NCBI GenBank assembly: GCA_965113315.1
Contig: OZ220364.1
Strand: one strand, 5' to 3'
DNA: 64,000 nucleotides
Origin: Podarcis vaucheri
Taxonomy: Eukaryota
Part shown: positions 49,110 through 63,259 of the stretch, piece after piece
How the letters are laid out: the number at the start of each line of letters is the position of its first letter
Numbering within the stretch: the stretch's first letter is position 1
Made by a program: the position numbers and the translations under genes
The notes under the pieces: model-generated
Seen by the model: only the letters and a program-made list of their open reading frames with translations
What the model was told of the DNA's origin: nothing
The model's database searches: none

Positions 49110-51623
49110 GCCCCACCCACTGTGGTGGAATTAGTTTAATCATCACTTCCCAGGAAGCCGTTCTTCTGTAAATCACCCCACCCCAACTCTCTTATGGAGC
49201 ATGTTGTAAGTGTTCTCTTCTGTGCAGCAGTTGCTCTAAGGAAGCTGTGGTTTCCTGATGTAAGAATACAGTCGAAGAAAACAAAGCCAATGCAGAAAGT
49301 GTGGAGAGGGGGGGAAGGGGCCATATGCAAACTGCACCATTTCCTTCTCTTGCAGGAAATGAGTGTATTGAATGAAGGAAGGTGAAGGGGTCAGAGCCTG
49401 GCAGGATTAGAGGATTCTTCATAGCTCTGCTGAATAATGGACACTTTTTGCAGAAAAATTATTTTCTACCCAGGCCACGTAGAGGCAAGAGCTTTGCTCT
49501 AGGCAGCTCTGTGTTAAACCAACCTGGTCCAAGGTCTCCGTAATGGGAGGGAGGAAAGGAAATTAACACACAAGAAGTATAAAAGAGTAGGGAATCTCAA
49601 GTTTCCCACATTCTTTCAAAGAGAAAGAAAGTCCATAGGCAGGGATGGAGAACCTACCATCCAATTAATGTTGGACCTTAACTCCCAGAAGCCCAAGTCA
49701 GCAACACGAATGGCCAGGGTTGATGGAAACCACAGTTTAATAGCATCTAGAGGGCCACAGACTCGCCTGGAATAGGACTTCTTTATACAGTTACTAAGAA
49801 CAGCCTGTTTTCACAGACACACAAAATGCACCAGACAACCAGCAGCTCCCTAGTCAATGCACCATGTCCAAAGTTATTTTGTTCAAACTATGACAGAAGA
49901 ACGTTCTGGCAAGCTGCAAACTAGACACTATAAGGAGATAGAAGGAGGACAGGGAAATAACAGGGACTTTTCCCAGAGCAAAGATAGTGACAGAGAAAAA
50001 TGTTATCCAAACAAAGCCAGGCCAACTGAGTTCAAAGTGGACAAATGGCTAGGCTATAAATGAAGAATGCAAGTTTCCAGAGTCAGCACTAGAAAACTGG
50101 CAGAAAACCAGCAGTGATTTTTATCTTCAATCGAACACAAGATAATGACCATTGTAAGGAAATGGAATATTAAAGTGAAACCACTTCACAACTGGGCTTT
50201 ATTGTGGACAACACAAGGAAACCCTGACATGGGCCAGCTTGGATCAACAAGGGGGAGGGGAAGTATACAGGGAGAGAAACTGAAAAGGACACTGAGCTGA
50301 AGGGACACATTAAGCTCTTTCAGGGAAAGGACCATAGTGAAGCGGTAAAGCACATGTTTTTCATGCAGGGGGTTCCAGGTTCAATCCCCGATATCTCCAG
50401 GCAGAGTTGGGAAAGCGAAACCCCAAAGTGCTGCTAAGTCTGTGTAGTCTAGACAATTCTGAGTTTGATGGGCCAAAAGTCTGAATAAGATCCAGAAATC
50501 AGTATTCAGAGTCTTATGAATAGTAGCCCAGAAATCAGCATGACCAGGGTGTAAGCAAATCATCGAGTGTTTAATGGAATGAGTTTCTCTCACTCAACTC
50601 AGTAACCTTTTATGGCAAACCCATAACCTGATGTTATAAATTTGAAAAGTAACAATGTTACTATTGAATGTTTATTAGAATTAAGGAACATCCTTCGACT
50701 AAAAAATCCCACAAAAAATCAGTACCACGTAAGACCTATTCAAATTGCCAGTTCTTCTTTAAAGAATCTATAGTGCTAGAAAATAATTTACACCATTAGT
50801 CCATAATAAAATAATAATAATAATAATTTATTTATACCCCTCCCCATCTGGCTGGGCTTCCAGAAATAATCACCACCAGAAGAAATCCAAATCTAACAGA
50901 TAAATCTTGATTTAGAGTAGTATTCAAGTCATCTATAAAAGGCCTCTTTTTAAATAATTAATGGTACTGCTGTATCAAGGCACATGATCTTGGGAACAAG
51001 AACCACTGTTGTCAACGGCAAGGAAATCTGTACAGCTCCCATACACCCGATAGCAAAGAGCTTCTAATGTAGCCAGGCTGAGCAAGTCCTGTCAGTAACA
51101 AGAAACTCTGTGCAGCATTCTTTTCTGCACCTTGGGCTATTTTCACAATTTTGTCACTCCCAAGAATTCCTTTGTCACCAATAATTTGAAGCTTGTCTGG
51201 AGAACATGTGCCTCTCCAACTTCCATTAGCCCTGGTCAGCATGGTCAACAGTCAAAGAGCAGAAACATCTGGAGAATTGCAAGCGCCCCAGGCTTGATTT
51301 GAAGGGATGCTCTACAGAGAAAGTCAACAACTTTCCCCTTGGATAGGCCTGTGGGCTGGCATCCTGAGAGTGAAAGAGGCCCCAGCTAGCATTTAAGAAG
51401 AAACTGCTTTAACTGCAATTCAGAAACCAAGCTTAAGCTAGAAGACTGCATGATTTCAACTTGCCAGGCAACAGTTCAAGTTTTCCCATACCACATAACT
51501 GCTCACAGCCTTCTCAATGAGCATTTTTTGTTCACTATAATTAGAGATGAAGAGCTGTATAGTTAATAGGTGGAAGAAAAGAAGCAAGCAGGCCAACTTG
51601 GAGCAGGAAAACAGGCTCTAAAG

Positions 51624-51944
51624 CAGGGGTAGGCAACCTAAGGCCCGGGAGCCGGATGCGGCCCAATCGCCTTCTCACTCTGGCCCACGGATGGTCCGGG
51701 AATCAGCGTGTTTTTACATGAGTAGAATATACCCTTTTATTTAAAATGCATCTCTGGATTATTTGTGGGGCCTGCCTGGTGTTTTTACATGAGTAGAATG
51801 TGTGCTTTTCTTTAAAATGCATCTCTGGGTTACTTGTGGGGCATAGGAATTTGTTCATTTCCACCCCAAAAATATAGTCCACCCCACCACATGGTCTGAG
51901 GGATGGTGGACTGGTCCATGGCTGAAAAAGGTTGCTGACCCCTG
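51624..51944 (-). mobile_element. hAT (Charlie-like) MITE with internal ~70-bp tandem duplication
   Basis: TIR caggggtaggcaacct / aggttgctgacccctg; TSD ctctaaag/ctctaaac; gtgtttttacatgagtagaat block occurs twice; opposite orientation to the 26897 copy. Confidence 0.88.
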
Positions 51945-52545
51945 CTCTAAACTGACATGCAGTTCCCCCCAATACTTCATAAGAACTTCAAAGGGATCAG
52001 GGAAGACATGGCTGGAGTTTTCCAGGAATGATTAAGCCAGCAGAAGTGGGAGAGGAGACTGCTTGGATTTTGACACAGCTGGTAGAAAATCACTGGTTCC
52101 CAGGGGAAAGCAAGTGGAATTAAGGAGAGCAGTAAAGTAGCTGATTAAAATGAGATCAGGTAAACTTTGCAAGAGGAGAAAGGCATCTCTAAACTTAGGA
52201 AGATGCCTTGTACCAAGTCTGATCACCAGTCCATCTAGCCCAATACTGCCTACTCTTGAGTAGCAGCTGCTCTACAACATCTCAAGCAGAGGCAGTTCCC
52301 AGTTCAGATACCCAAGACTGCATCTGGGACTTAATGCATATAAAGTATATGCTCTATTACTGAACTAGAACCTCTCACAATGCTGCCAGAGGGTCATGGT
52401 GATGCAATACTAAGGCAAAATAATTGCACAGGAGTGTTTGGTAATGACAATGCTACCGCCACAAAATCCTGCATCATCAGGCAATCATATGAACAAGCAT
52501 AGCTTACCATAGGGTGAATGTACAAGATCTTATGCCAAGCACTCA

Positions 52546-52830
<285 letters not shown>

Positions 52831-55800
52831 TCAGTCATATCAGAATTCCTTTTAAAGGTAGCCAGGAAATAATTGGCCAAATTTGCTCCAAGACTTTTCT
52901 GAGCACTGTCCACATCACCATTTCAGAAAAGTTCAAATATTCAGGTTAAGAACTTGGTTAAGTCACAGATGGTCTCCCTGTAACTAACCTTCAGTTGGCT
53001 GGATATACAATGCACTGAAATATGATAGTTCAGAGTGTATTCCATACCACAGTTACAGGTACGCATTACAGTCAAGTAACCAAATGCCAAGAAGGAAGAT
53101 TTTTTAAAAAACTTTATTCCAAAACCGATTTTTTTTTTTTACAAAATTACAAACATCAAATTCAAAATCCATATTCATTTTGTAACATAAGCCTATTACA
53201 TAATTGACTAAATTAAAATATACCTAATGGCCAAGAAGGAATAATTTATTGACACAGCCATTTCTAAATTTCAACTTATGTGCTAAAACTGATTCAAAAG
53301 TTAGCCATAAGTTAACCACTTCAGTATGAAACAGTGCATAAGGATATCTATCGCTTTAGTTCTTTCTTCCAATGAATAAAGGGATAGTTAATTAGCATTT
53401 TGAACAAAGGAGGCTAACTGGCACTGCAGATTTTACCATGCTAATAGGAGGTATTAGGGCTAATTGCCCAGGCCTTCTAGCTTGCCTTCAGGCACTATTG
53501 TGCATGATAAGATTTAAGGATTGAAAAAACTGCTTGTTCTATACATACCACCTACTTCTATACACACCACATACCATCAGAAGGGGAAGCCACCTCCTCC
53601 CCACCCAGCAAGGTCGCATAATTAGGCCTTTTTAACAGCCCTGAGCAAAGACTTCCAGACTGCATGAGAATACTTAGGTCTCTTTCCCACACTAACAAAA
53701 CTGAATTGGACAAGCATAGTTCTAAAATCTGCAGAGCAAAGGGTCTAGAGGCCAAGAAACAGTGACATGCCAGACTACCCATTAACTTCCTAACTGAAGA
53801 AAGATTTAAATCTGCATTTGCCACATACAATTCCAGCATCGACTCACACTTCTTACTACATATATGAGCAGGACTGAAGTTTGCTAAGCTGTTCAATCTA
53901 TACATACCCGTCAGCAGTACAAGACAACTAAAACAAGCCAGCCCTCAGCAACATGGTTAAACTACAGGCTGCCAGCCTGGTTTATTGTGTCTACTTACTG
54001 CCACTACAACAGGCTATTCAAATGAGGGTAGGGGAAGCAGCCAGCTGCATATAATATAGTGCCTACTACATCTTGGTACTGTACCAGCCAACACGGGTTA
54101 CTAGCCTGCTAAAGGGTTAGTAATCTGTATTTCCATGCTTATGTGCGTGGAGGCCCAGAACGTAAACTCCACGTAAGGGGGGGGGGCACCTGTATTCGCC
54201 TGAATGGAATTCCTGATAGCCTAGACGGGGGGGGGGGGGGGTTCAATGCAAGGGACACCTACCTATGTGGCGAATGGCAGCTATGGTCAGACAAACAACC
54301 CTCTCCATCCATCCATCCAAGCAAGCAAGCAAGCAAGCGGTATTGTTGCAGTTCAAGGACACAAAACCACTATAGGAAGATGAAATGCAAGGCCAGTGAG
54401 GGGTGTGACCTGGGGAGGAGGCACTGCATTGGCACAGATCTGAAGGCTAGATAGAGGTCTGAGGGCAACCTGGGCCTGAGGTTACCCATCCTCAGCCAAC
54501 TTATTAAATAAAGGCTATATTCACTACAGCTTCATTATAATCAACAGAAACTGGCTGAAAGGGAGGAGATAAGCACTTCTAAGAAACATGGCTCCAACAT
54601 AACATTATTATATGGAAATAATTGCCAGAGTGCTGTCCATTAAGCATATCATTTAAGACAGAAGGGACAGTGGCTTTGAGACAAGTTCTACTCTAAAATA
54701 TTTTACATTGGCATCCTGCTGTGGGGAAGATAGGGGCAGAAAGAACACATATGCATGGTCCATAGCAATTCTTGTCTAGGTCCCCTACCCCCCATAAGAA
54801 AAGATGCATTGCCTAAAAGAAGCTAAGAGTTGTGCCATATTATTGACTGTACAAATCTAGGAAGGAAGTGAATCAAGGCAGTGGGCTACACAATACTTTC
54901 TCACTGAAGGAAGGTAGGTGGGGCATTGAGAGATCTCTGCTGCAAAAAAGTCCCCAGCTTCACCTCTCAACAAGGCCAGAGCTGAAAGTCCACCTGCCCC
55001 CCATTACAACTCAGTACAAAGGGAAAGAAAGAAAACAGTATCTCAACCACCACTCCATGCAATTTTATCTCTGCTGGTCAGCGCTACTGCAGCAAAAGCA
55101 TTTTAAAGAGAAAAGGCAGAGGGAGTACAGTATCTTCTCCTGAATCTTCTCTTCTCCTTTATCACCAGTAAATATAGCCAGCCCCTTTCACAAGTATTTG
55201 AACATGGGATCCACTATGTATACAATTCATTCTCCTAAGAATTTCAGCATTTAAAATATAAATAAAATAGATGGTTAGATGCTGAATTATCCCTTATGGT
55301 TTAAGACTGGCTTCCAAGGTTTTATGTCATTTTTAAACCAGAAGGGGCTTAGCAGGATTTCCAGTTGCTCATGGGGGCTGCCTCGGTGTCATATCTGGTT
55401 GCTTCTTCCTTTGACTAGCAGAAGCAAAATGATGTAGCATCAGTAAACATACATAACTGACATAGGTTGTTGAATTCAGAATTTTCTTGGTATAGTTTTT
55501 TGGCTAGCTTAGAACAGTATGTTCATTTACATGACAGTACATACAGCCCTGCACTTAAGCTCACCATCTCATAGGGATCTGTACTATTTAAGTGAATAAT
55601 ATATTCAATTCCCTCCTAATTCTGCTGTTATTACCATAAGAGGGTTGCCCTAAAAAGTATGAGAATCTCTTAATGAGGCATAAGTCACAGCCCCATAAGT
55701 CAGCAGTGAGCCTGTAGCCTGAACCAGAATATAGCAAGCAGTAATAATTATTATTGTTATTTATTAAATTTGTATTTTGCTATACCCGTGGATTTCAGGG

Positions 55801-57451
55801 CAGTTCACAACATTTGAGTTGCAGAACATTTCAGTTTGGAATAAGCCAAGGCTAGAAGTACATGAAGAGACTGAAGAGACAATATACTGTGGTGTGAGGT
55901 GCTGCTTCTCCTGTAAGTAGCTCTGAACAAAGAGGACTGGGCAACTTGTTCAGCCTCAAAGGCTATTTCAAATGAATAGTTCCTAGTCACAGTACTCCTA
56001 TGTAAGACCACGCAAACAACCAAGTGTATATCTTTTTGTACACAAGCTGCTAAGTGGGTTTCAGTGCATGTACTGAAATATTTGCGTGCTAATAAATGCA
56101 TGTGTAGCACATCTTCTGTAGCAGATCTCATCTACCCATGCCTCCATTTCCCTTCCTCCATTGCTTCCCTATGTTTATTTTAGATTGTAAGTCCAACTAG
56201 GGACCTGTTATCTATTTTTTGTGAAGTGTTCATGTGGTGCTAGGTTAATCATCATCATCATCTTGAATGTGTACAGGCACTTTCCTTTCTGTTTTCCTGA
56301 ACAGAAGTTTTCTCTATATAGAAAAATTGTCACACTTGGCTTTAAGAGGGCATGCTGGAAATGTACAATGAGCTCAACGGCTTCATCTAATTTACACAGC
56401 TACTTAAACTCAATTACAAAACAGTGCATAAAAAATTCATGGAAATGGTAGTTCTTAGTGGCTATTGTATATAAAGCAACTTCTCGAATGCTACCATAGC
56501 CATTTCTGAGTAGTTACATTTCCTTCGATGAGATAGAACAACAATCTATACATGGCAAACTTTTATATGCCTACTTAAAATCAAATGACTTTTCTTATTG
56601 ATTTTAGTCTTCACAGGCTCACCTTCCTTGAGGCTGTATACCCAAGAAATAATTCCTGACAAGCTAAAAGGTCAGAGGGAGGGAGAGAATTGAAGTTTTA
56701 CACAAGCTAAGCTTTTCAGCCACCTAGCACAATCAAGAACTCCAGCCTGCTTAGCTTCATATGTTCACAATTATGAGCAAGCCTATCACTTATTATATGG
56801 ATTCAGAGAGACCCAATTCACAAGATCTAAAACTGTATATCTTATTGTTCGCACACTGAAGACCTAATGCCATCCAATTTTCAAGGCATATAGAAACTTA
56901 CTTTTAAGAGTTAAAGCAGACGTCTTCAGGACCTTAGAGCCCATGTACAATACAGAAATGTCTGGTCATCTTCTATTGCCCAGCCAAATGTGAAACATTT
57001 AATGGATATTTAAATTGGACCCAATTCCATTTGGACAAAAACTGAATAGAAGAAGTGATGGGGAACCCTAAACTCTTGCCAGAAAGCCTTTCAGGCCTAA
57101 TGGCCTGGCAGCTTCTCTTAAAAACAAAGGTCAGTAATTCGTGGCAAGGAATACTTAGGCCTCAGTATCATATACAGATTTCATACAGCCTTAAGTTTAT
57201 CAATGCTGAACTCAATTTTTATTTCTCATCAAAAAATCCATTCCTCAATTCTCTCATCCAAATCTGATGAGAGAAAGAAGCTGCCCATGTTATTTTTGCT
57301 TCACAACCCACTTCATAAAACTTCGTATAAATCAAAAACTCCAATTTTAATCTTTCACCATATTTTTACTCTTGGCTTCCCATGATTCAGTATATGAATG
57401 CTTTAATCCATGGCAGTACAAAACCCTGTGAATTAAGTACTTTGAATAAAC

Positions 57452-57703
57452 CAGGGGTCAGAAAACTTTTTCAGCAGGGGGCCAGTCCACTGTCCCTCAC
57501 ACCTTATGGGTGGGGCACACTATATTGGGGGGGGGGGGAATGAATGAATTCCTATGCCCCAAAATTAACCCAGAGATGCATTTTAAATAAAAGCACACAT
57601 TCTACTCATGTAAAAACACGCTGATTCACGGACCGTTCACAGGCCAGATATAGAAGGCTACTGGGCCGAATCTGGCCCCTGGGCCTTAGTTCGCCTACCC
57701 ATG
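57452..57703 (+). mobile_element. hAT (Charlie-like) MITE
   Basis: Same family as 26897-27150; TSD gaataaac/gaatatac. Confidence 0.85.
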
Positions 57704-58543
57704 GAATATACATTTGCTGTAATTCTAAGGTTTAGGGTTTGTTTCCTTTTTTAACAAGGCCTTTAACAAGAGCAGTTCTTAGAAATTCTAACTTTATACA
57801 GCTTCTGTCTGTTGAAGTTACCAAATGATTAAGAAACACCTGTTTCTCTGGATGAAAGGAACCCAGATTCATTGCCAAAGAGCCAGAGAGTACAAAGCTC
57901 TTAAAATCTCTTTTGATTAGCATTATGTTGTAGCTCTTTCATGCTTGAGCCACTTCCACTATAAAACGTTCTACATTTAAGACTCGCACAACAGTTTGGT
58001 TGATTTACTTTCATTTCACACAAATTATGCATTTAAATGGCTAGTGTGGGCATGTATATACCTGTATAATAAAAAAGCTTTTAGGAGAATGGCATGTATA
58101 GCTGAAAAAGCTAGGGTGGCAAGCTAAGAATGGACAGTGATGGTTTTAATATTCACTGTCTTTAGAGTGAAATAAATGCCAGGACAACTTAGGCAGCCAA
58201 AACCTTCAGCAACACAACCTCAGGTAGCAATAATTTTGCATTAAAGGCTGAGTATCGTCTGGCTGAAGATATTAATTAGGCAGTGTGTTTATAGCATACT
58301 GTGAAGTAGGCTAATTGAAAACTATGGGGTAGGTATAATCTACTGTACTGTCATAACATTACACAGAATTTGGTTCTGAGTTGAGAACTGAACAACTGGA
58401 GGCACCCAGTTTTCATTTACAAAACGTAAGTACTTGGAAGTCTCAAGAACTAAACCAGAGGGGGATAGGACTTCCACATTCAGGTGGTGTGACTTCAGTA
58501 TTCTCATGCCCCTTCTTACTGACTAGCAAAAAGAGGACATATA

Positions 58544-59179
58544 CAATGGTACCTCGGGTTACAGATGCTTCAGGTTAGACTCCGCTAACCCAGAAATAGT
58601 ACCTTGGGTTAAGAACTTTGCTTCAGGAGAACAGAAATCGTGCGGCGGCAGTGGGAGGCCACATTAGCTAAAGTGGTACCTCAGGTTAAGAACTGTTTCA
58701 GGTTAAGAACATAGGCGCCGACTCCATGGGGCTTGAGGGGGCTTGAGCCCCCTCAAAAAATTTTTTGGGGGGGCTCAGCCCCCCCAATAATCTCGGGCGC
58801 CGCCGCCGTCCCCCGCCTCCTCCCCACCTGCTCCCTCGCCAGCCAGCCAGCCAGCCGCGCGCCCTAGCCGGAGAGCCCCGGCCGTCCCCCGCGAGAACAG
58901 GGGAATCCCCGGGGGCGGGGGCTCCTGCCTCTAGCCCCAGGTTTCCCGCCTATCAGCTGTTCCGGAGCTGATTAATAGGCAGCAGCACGCTCTCCCCTAT
59001 TCTCTCACGAGGGGGCGGCGCCACTTTATTTGCATATTCATGAGCTTATTTGCATATTCATGAGCTTATTTACATTTCACGAGCTTTCCCGGGCCCCCCC
59101 AATATTTTTTATAAGTCCGCGTCCCTGGTTAAGAATGGACCTCCAAAACGAATTAAGTTCTTAACCCGAGGTACCACTG
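58544..59179 (+). mobile_element. Tc1/mariner (Tigger-like) MITE interrupted by a nested insertion
   Basis: TA-flanked; left part (58544-58709) and right part (59136-59179) rejoin into the 28500-type element. Confidence 0.88.
58710..59127. mobile_element. CpG-rich hAT-like MITE (418 bp) nested in the mariner MITE
   Basis: Perfect 8-bp TSD GTTAAGAA (58702-58709, 59128-59135); imperfect TIR cataggcgccgact / agtccgcgtccctg. Confidence 0.85.
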
Positions 59180-59233
59180 TAATTCTAAATAAGCGGCTCT
59201 ATAGAGATTCCTATGTTCTACCAAATCTTGCTG

Positions 59234-59473
59234 TAAAGGTAAAGAACCCCTGACAGTTAAGTCCAGTCACAGGCGACTCTGGGGTTGAGGCGCTCATCTC
59301 GCTTTACGGGCCATGGGAGCCGGCATTTGTCTGCAGTTTTCCCTAGTCATGTGGCCAGCATGACTAAGCCGCTTTTGGCGCAACAGAACACCAAAACTAG
59401 AGCAGCGCACAGAAATGCTGTTTAGCCCAAGTGGCTCAGTGGTTTAGACCACAGCACCACCCCTATGAGTCCC
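59234..59473 (-). mobile_element. Sauria SINE, internally deleted
   Basis: Minus strand ends in ctttaccttta tail and starts ggtggtgctgtggtctaaaccactgagcc; shares the ctggccacatgac core with the 62257 copy. Confidence 0.75.
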
Positions 59474-60639
59474 CAGATCCTGTTGATCTACAGCTCCCTC
59501 CACCCTCAGCCAGTATAGCCAACAGTCACGGATTATGAAAGCTGTAGTCCAACAACATCTGAAGACCCAAAGTTGGGAAAGCTGCCTTAAAGACTATCAT
59601 TTTTATTATGGAACAAGCTTTTGGGGACTAGAATATAGTCCACAGAAGCTTATGCCATAATACGTGGTTTTTAAGGTGCTACAATACTTTATTTTTGGTT
59701 GCAACAGGTGGTTGTCCCTTTGGAAATTGTCAAGTGGGGTTCTACTTGCTAAGATCTGCAACTTTTCTAAATAAAATAGTGGAAACAAGAGTAAATAAAT
59801 CAGAGTTGAGGAGCAAACTAAACTGACACTTCTGCTCCAGGATGGTATCTAAGGCTGTGGAAAGTATGTATTCTGCAGTAAGGGAAAAGGTTGCTTCATC
59901 TTCTTCCTCATTCATTTTCTTCTCCATGTGCAGATGATCAAAAGAAAGACCATGATAAAAGTTGCTTTCACATTTTACATTACCTCATTAGTGAGCTGTG
60001 AACCCTCTGTTTTTCAGACTCTTAAATACAAGCCTGTGTCTGGTTATACACAAAAATGACTCACTACTACAAAGCCAAATTGTTCCCTTAAATTTAAGGC
60101 TTACAATTCTGACACAGAGGAAAATATCTGGTAGCAGAGTATCCCAATAAAAAGCATTGCCAAAGTCTGCTAAAGAAAGCGGGGGAAGATTCCAGCACTC
60201 AGACCTGTGTTTTTTAATGCAGCGGTCCCTTATGGAATCTCATGCACATATGCCAAGTCAGAAGCCAATTCTAGAACATCTCTGCTGCTCTATGGCAAGA
60301 GAACATTGTTCCTGTGAGGAAACCCATTCAAGAGAGGCACTACTACTACAATTTTTTTTTAAAAAAACCAACAACTTCTGATGCTCCACCTAGAGTTAAG
60401 TAGTACAATGGGTAGCATGCCTCTGACTCTACTAGCATCCAGAACCCTGAAGACTTCCAAATCTTGTCAATTTATCAGCTCCTCTCAGTCTAGGGAGGTG
60501 AGATCGCAGTCCCATATTTGGGCGAGTGCTTCTTATGAGCGTTTTTGGAGAAGAGTGCAAACTTTCACTGATCTCTACATCGGTTCCGGGGAACAACAGT
60601 TCAAAGCCTTTATCAAGAGGAAGCTGCCAGATAAAAGCA

Positions 60640-61860
60640 ACGAACCGTGTCTGGAGAAAGCATCATTCGGCCACAACCCACGTCACTACGCTCCTCGGTC
60701 TTTTGTGAGGCCTCTATAAGCATGTGCTGGCTGGTCCTTAACTCCAAAGCTCCGCAGTTTTTCTACTTTCGGATATACACCCCCCTCCCCACCAGCACAC
60801 AGGGAGGGCGGAAAGAGGGGTGGGGTGGCGGGGGGAGGAAGAAGAAGGAGAAAGAGCTGGCGGGCCGGGTCATAACACGCAACGCCGCCTCTCCGCCTCC
60901 CTCCCGCGCCTTTGACAGCGGCCACCCATCCCCACCCCACCGCTGCCGGGCACTCAACGCCGGGCTCCGAAGGGCTCTCTTTCAGCAAGGGGAGCGCGCT
61001 TCTCGCCTCGCCCAGCCCGCGAACCTCTCTCGCTGCCTCAGGCGCCGCCGCTCCACGCGCAGCTCCGCGGCTCGTGCGAAAGGGGTGACCCCAAGCAGGA
61101 GGGGAGACGCCGCCATGCCCTCGCTCGCCCAACGGCGCCGGGGGCTTCCTGGGCTCCTTCTTCCCTCAGTTTCCCTCACGCGCTCGCCCCCTGCGACCCC
61201 AGGCCGGCTCCTCACCCTCTCGCGCCTTGAGCAGCACCGTATTGGCCACGATATTCTCGAGCTCCATCGGGGCCCGCCCGCGGCGCCTCAGCCGTTCCTG
61301 CTGCTGCCGCCGCCGCCGTCACCTCTTTACCACTCAGGCTCGGATCTCCCCCTTCCCACCCCTCGCTCCGCCCGCCGGGTCCGGCACCTCAGCAACCTCC
61401 AACGCCTACCTCCAGCATAGCCCCGCCCACTGCCTGCAGGCCCCGGCCAATCCCCGCTCCAGCACGGCCCGCATCGGCTCCCGGTTGGCCGGGCGGGCCC
61501 TCCTCCGCCTCCTCTCTGCCCTTCTTTTTCATTGGAGGGACAGGAGGGGCGGGCCGGGAGCGCGGAGACCCTCCCTCGCGGGGCGATTGGCTCCAACGCC
61601 CTTTTGGGGGGTGGGGTGTGGCGCGGGGGGCGGGGGGAGTCTTGAAAAAGGAGCGGCCAATCGGGTCGCTTGCAAGGGGGAATTGGACGGGCTCGAGTGG
61701 GGCGCTCGGCTCCACGCGCTCGCCCGCCCTCCCTCGGCTGGAAGCGTTGCCCGTGCAAATGTGTGATTGGGCGAGAAGTTGCTCGTTAGTTATGGTGGGA
61801 GGTGCCACGGGCACTTTCGGTGGGCGTGAAGTCCTACATGTGGTGCGCGTGCAGAGTGCA
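60640..61860 (-). promoter_or_regulatory. GRK6: GRK6 CpG-island promoter
   Basis: Dense CpG around exon 1; several GC boxes and six CCAAT/ATTGG boxes between 61447 and 61770. Confidence 0.85.
61216..61267 (-). CDS. GRK6: GRK6 exon 1 coding part (MELENIVANTVLLKARE)
   Basis: ATG at 61267, 52 nt, G|gtgagg donor; conserved GRK5/6 N-terminal helix; the downstream exons and DBN1/PRR7 synteny identify it as GRK6. Confidence 0.97.
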
Positions 61861-62256
61861 GAGGAACAAGGATGGGCTCCTTTGGGTTGCTGTTAGGAAT
61901 AAGGTTGCAGGCGAAACGGATAGGTAGGCCAGGAACGGCCCGATGCTTTATACGTTCCTTGGAAGTAAAAGCCCCATTGAATCCAGTGGGAATTACTTAA
62001 ACCAGAATGGATGTGTATTTAAGTCTTCCAAAGAGAAGGAATGGAAAATCTCCCAAAGGGAAGGAATGGAAAAACTATCTCCCACACCTCCTTGAACTCT
62101 AAACCAATCTTCATTAACTAGTCCTCATTATAGCTAGGCATTAGCATTCTCACAGGGCAGGCTATTTAATTTAATTATTTAGATAATACTTCACCATGCC
62201 ATCATAGTAAAACAGAATACATTAACAAAAAATAAAAAGTAAAGTAAAAGAGATCC

Positions 62257-62539
62257 GATTCGAATCCCCGCGGCGGGGTGCACTCCCGTTGCTCAGTCCC
62301 AGCGCCTGCCAACCTAGCAGTTCGAAAGCACCCCCGCGTGCAAGTAAATAAATAGGGACCGCTTACTGGCGGGAAGGTAAACGGCATTCCATGTGCTGCG
62401 CTGGCTCGCCAGATGCAGCTTGTCACGCTGGCCACGTGACCCGGAAGTGTCTCTGGACAGCGCTGGCCCCCGGCCAGATGGGCGCACAACCCTAGAGTCG
62501 GACACGACTGGCCCGTACGGGCAGGGGTACCTTTACCTT
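62257..62539 (+). mobile_element. 5'-truncated Sauria SINE with 12-bp TSD
   Basis: Begins at B-box-like gattcgaatcc, ends (accttt)2; TAAAAGAGATCC at 62245-62256 and 62540-62551. Confidence 0.88.
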
Positions 62540-62544
62540 TAAAA

Positions 62545-62690
62545 GAGATCCAGTGTGGTGTAGTGGGTAGAGTGTCAAACAAGAACCTGGGAGATCAGTG
62601 TTCAAATCCCTACGCAGCCATGAACTTGGGTGAAGTTGGGCCAGTGGCTGCCTCTCAACCTACCTCTCAGACTTTTTGTGAACAGACTTC
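62545..62690 (+). mobile_element. tRNA-derived (MIR/Squam-like) SINE
   Basis: cagtgtggtgtagtgggtagag A-box region and gttcaaatccc B-box. Confidence 0.6.
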
Positions 62691-63259
62691 ACAACCCTCC
62701 TGAAGGACTGCCCATTATTTTTTGCCCAGTCCCAGAACTCCAGCCAATTGCCACACTAATGCTGTGCCCACTCCACTCTTCAAAAAGGAGGCCCAGAGGG
62801 CATAGCTTTTGTTGGATCAACTTCTTATTTTGTGCTTAGCCATGTATTTATGCCTCTTATATACTTGCTGCACTGTGTAACCTTGCCCATGAACAGTTCT
62901 GAATTATGCATTAAAACCTTTGGCAGAAACCAATGTGGGAACTCTTCATCCAGCAGTGAGGGCTAGGACACATTCTGGGGTTCAGTTGACTTATGGAGGC
63001 TGCAGTCCTACACCTGCTTACCTGGGAGTAAACCCTATTGAATTCAGTGAGCTTTCGTTCTGAGTTGTCTGTGAATTTAGGGACAGCTAACAGTTTGTTT
63101 AGCATGTGGATGAAGGAAGTGTTAGTGTGGAATGCTAATACATAAATCGCCTACAGGTGAACACTTTCTGACTTGACATATATAATGGCAAGAGATGAGG
63201 ATGTCAGAAATCCTGTGGGTAAAAATTCAAGAATTGGAGAAGCTTTCACTAAATGAGAG

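Noticed and set aside
60647-61814. Overlapping 140-257 aa ORFs around GRK6 exon 1
   Set aside because: CpG-island artefacts; the true 52-nt coding exon explains the region
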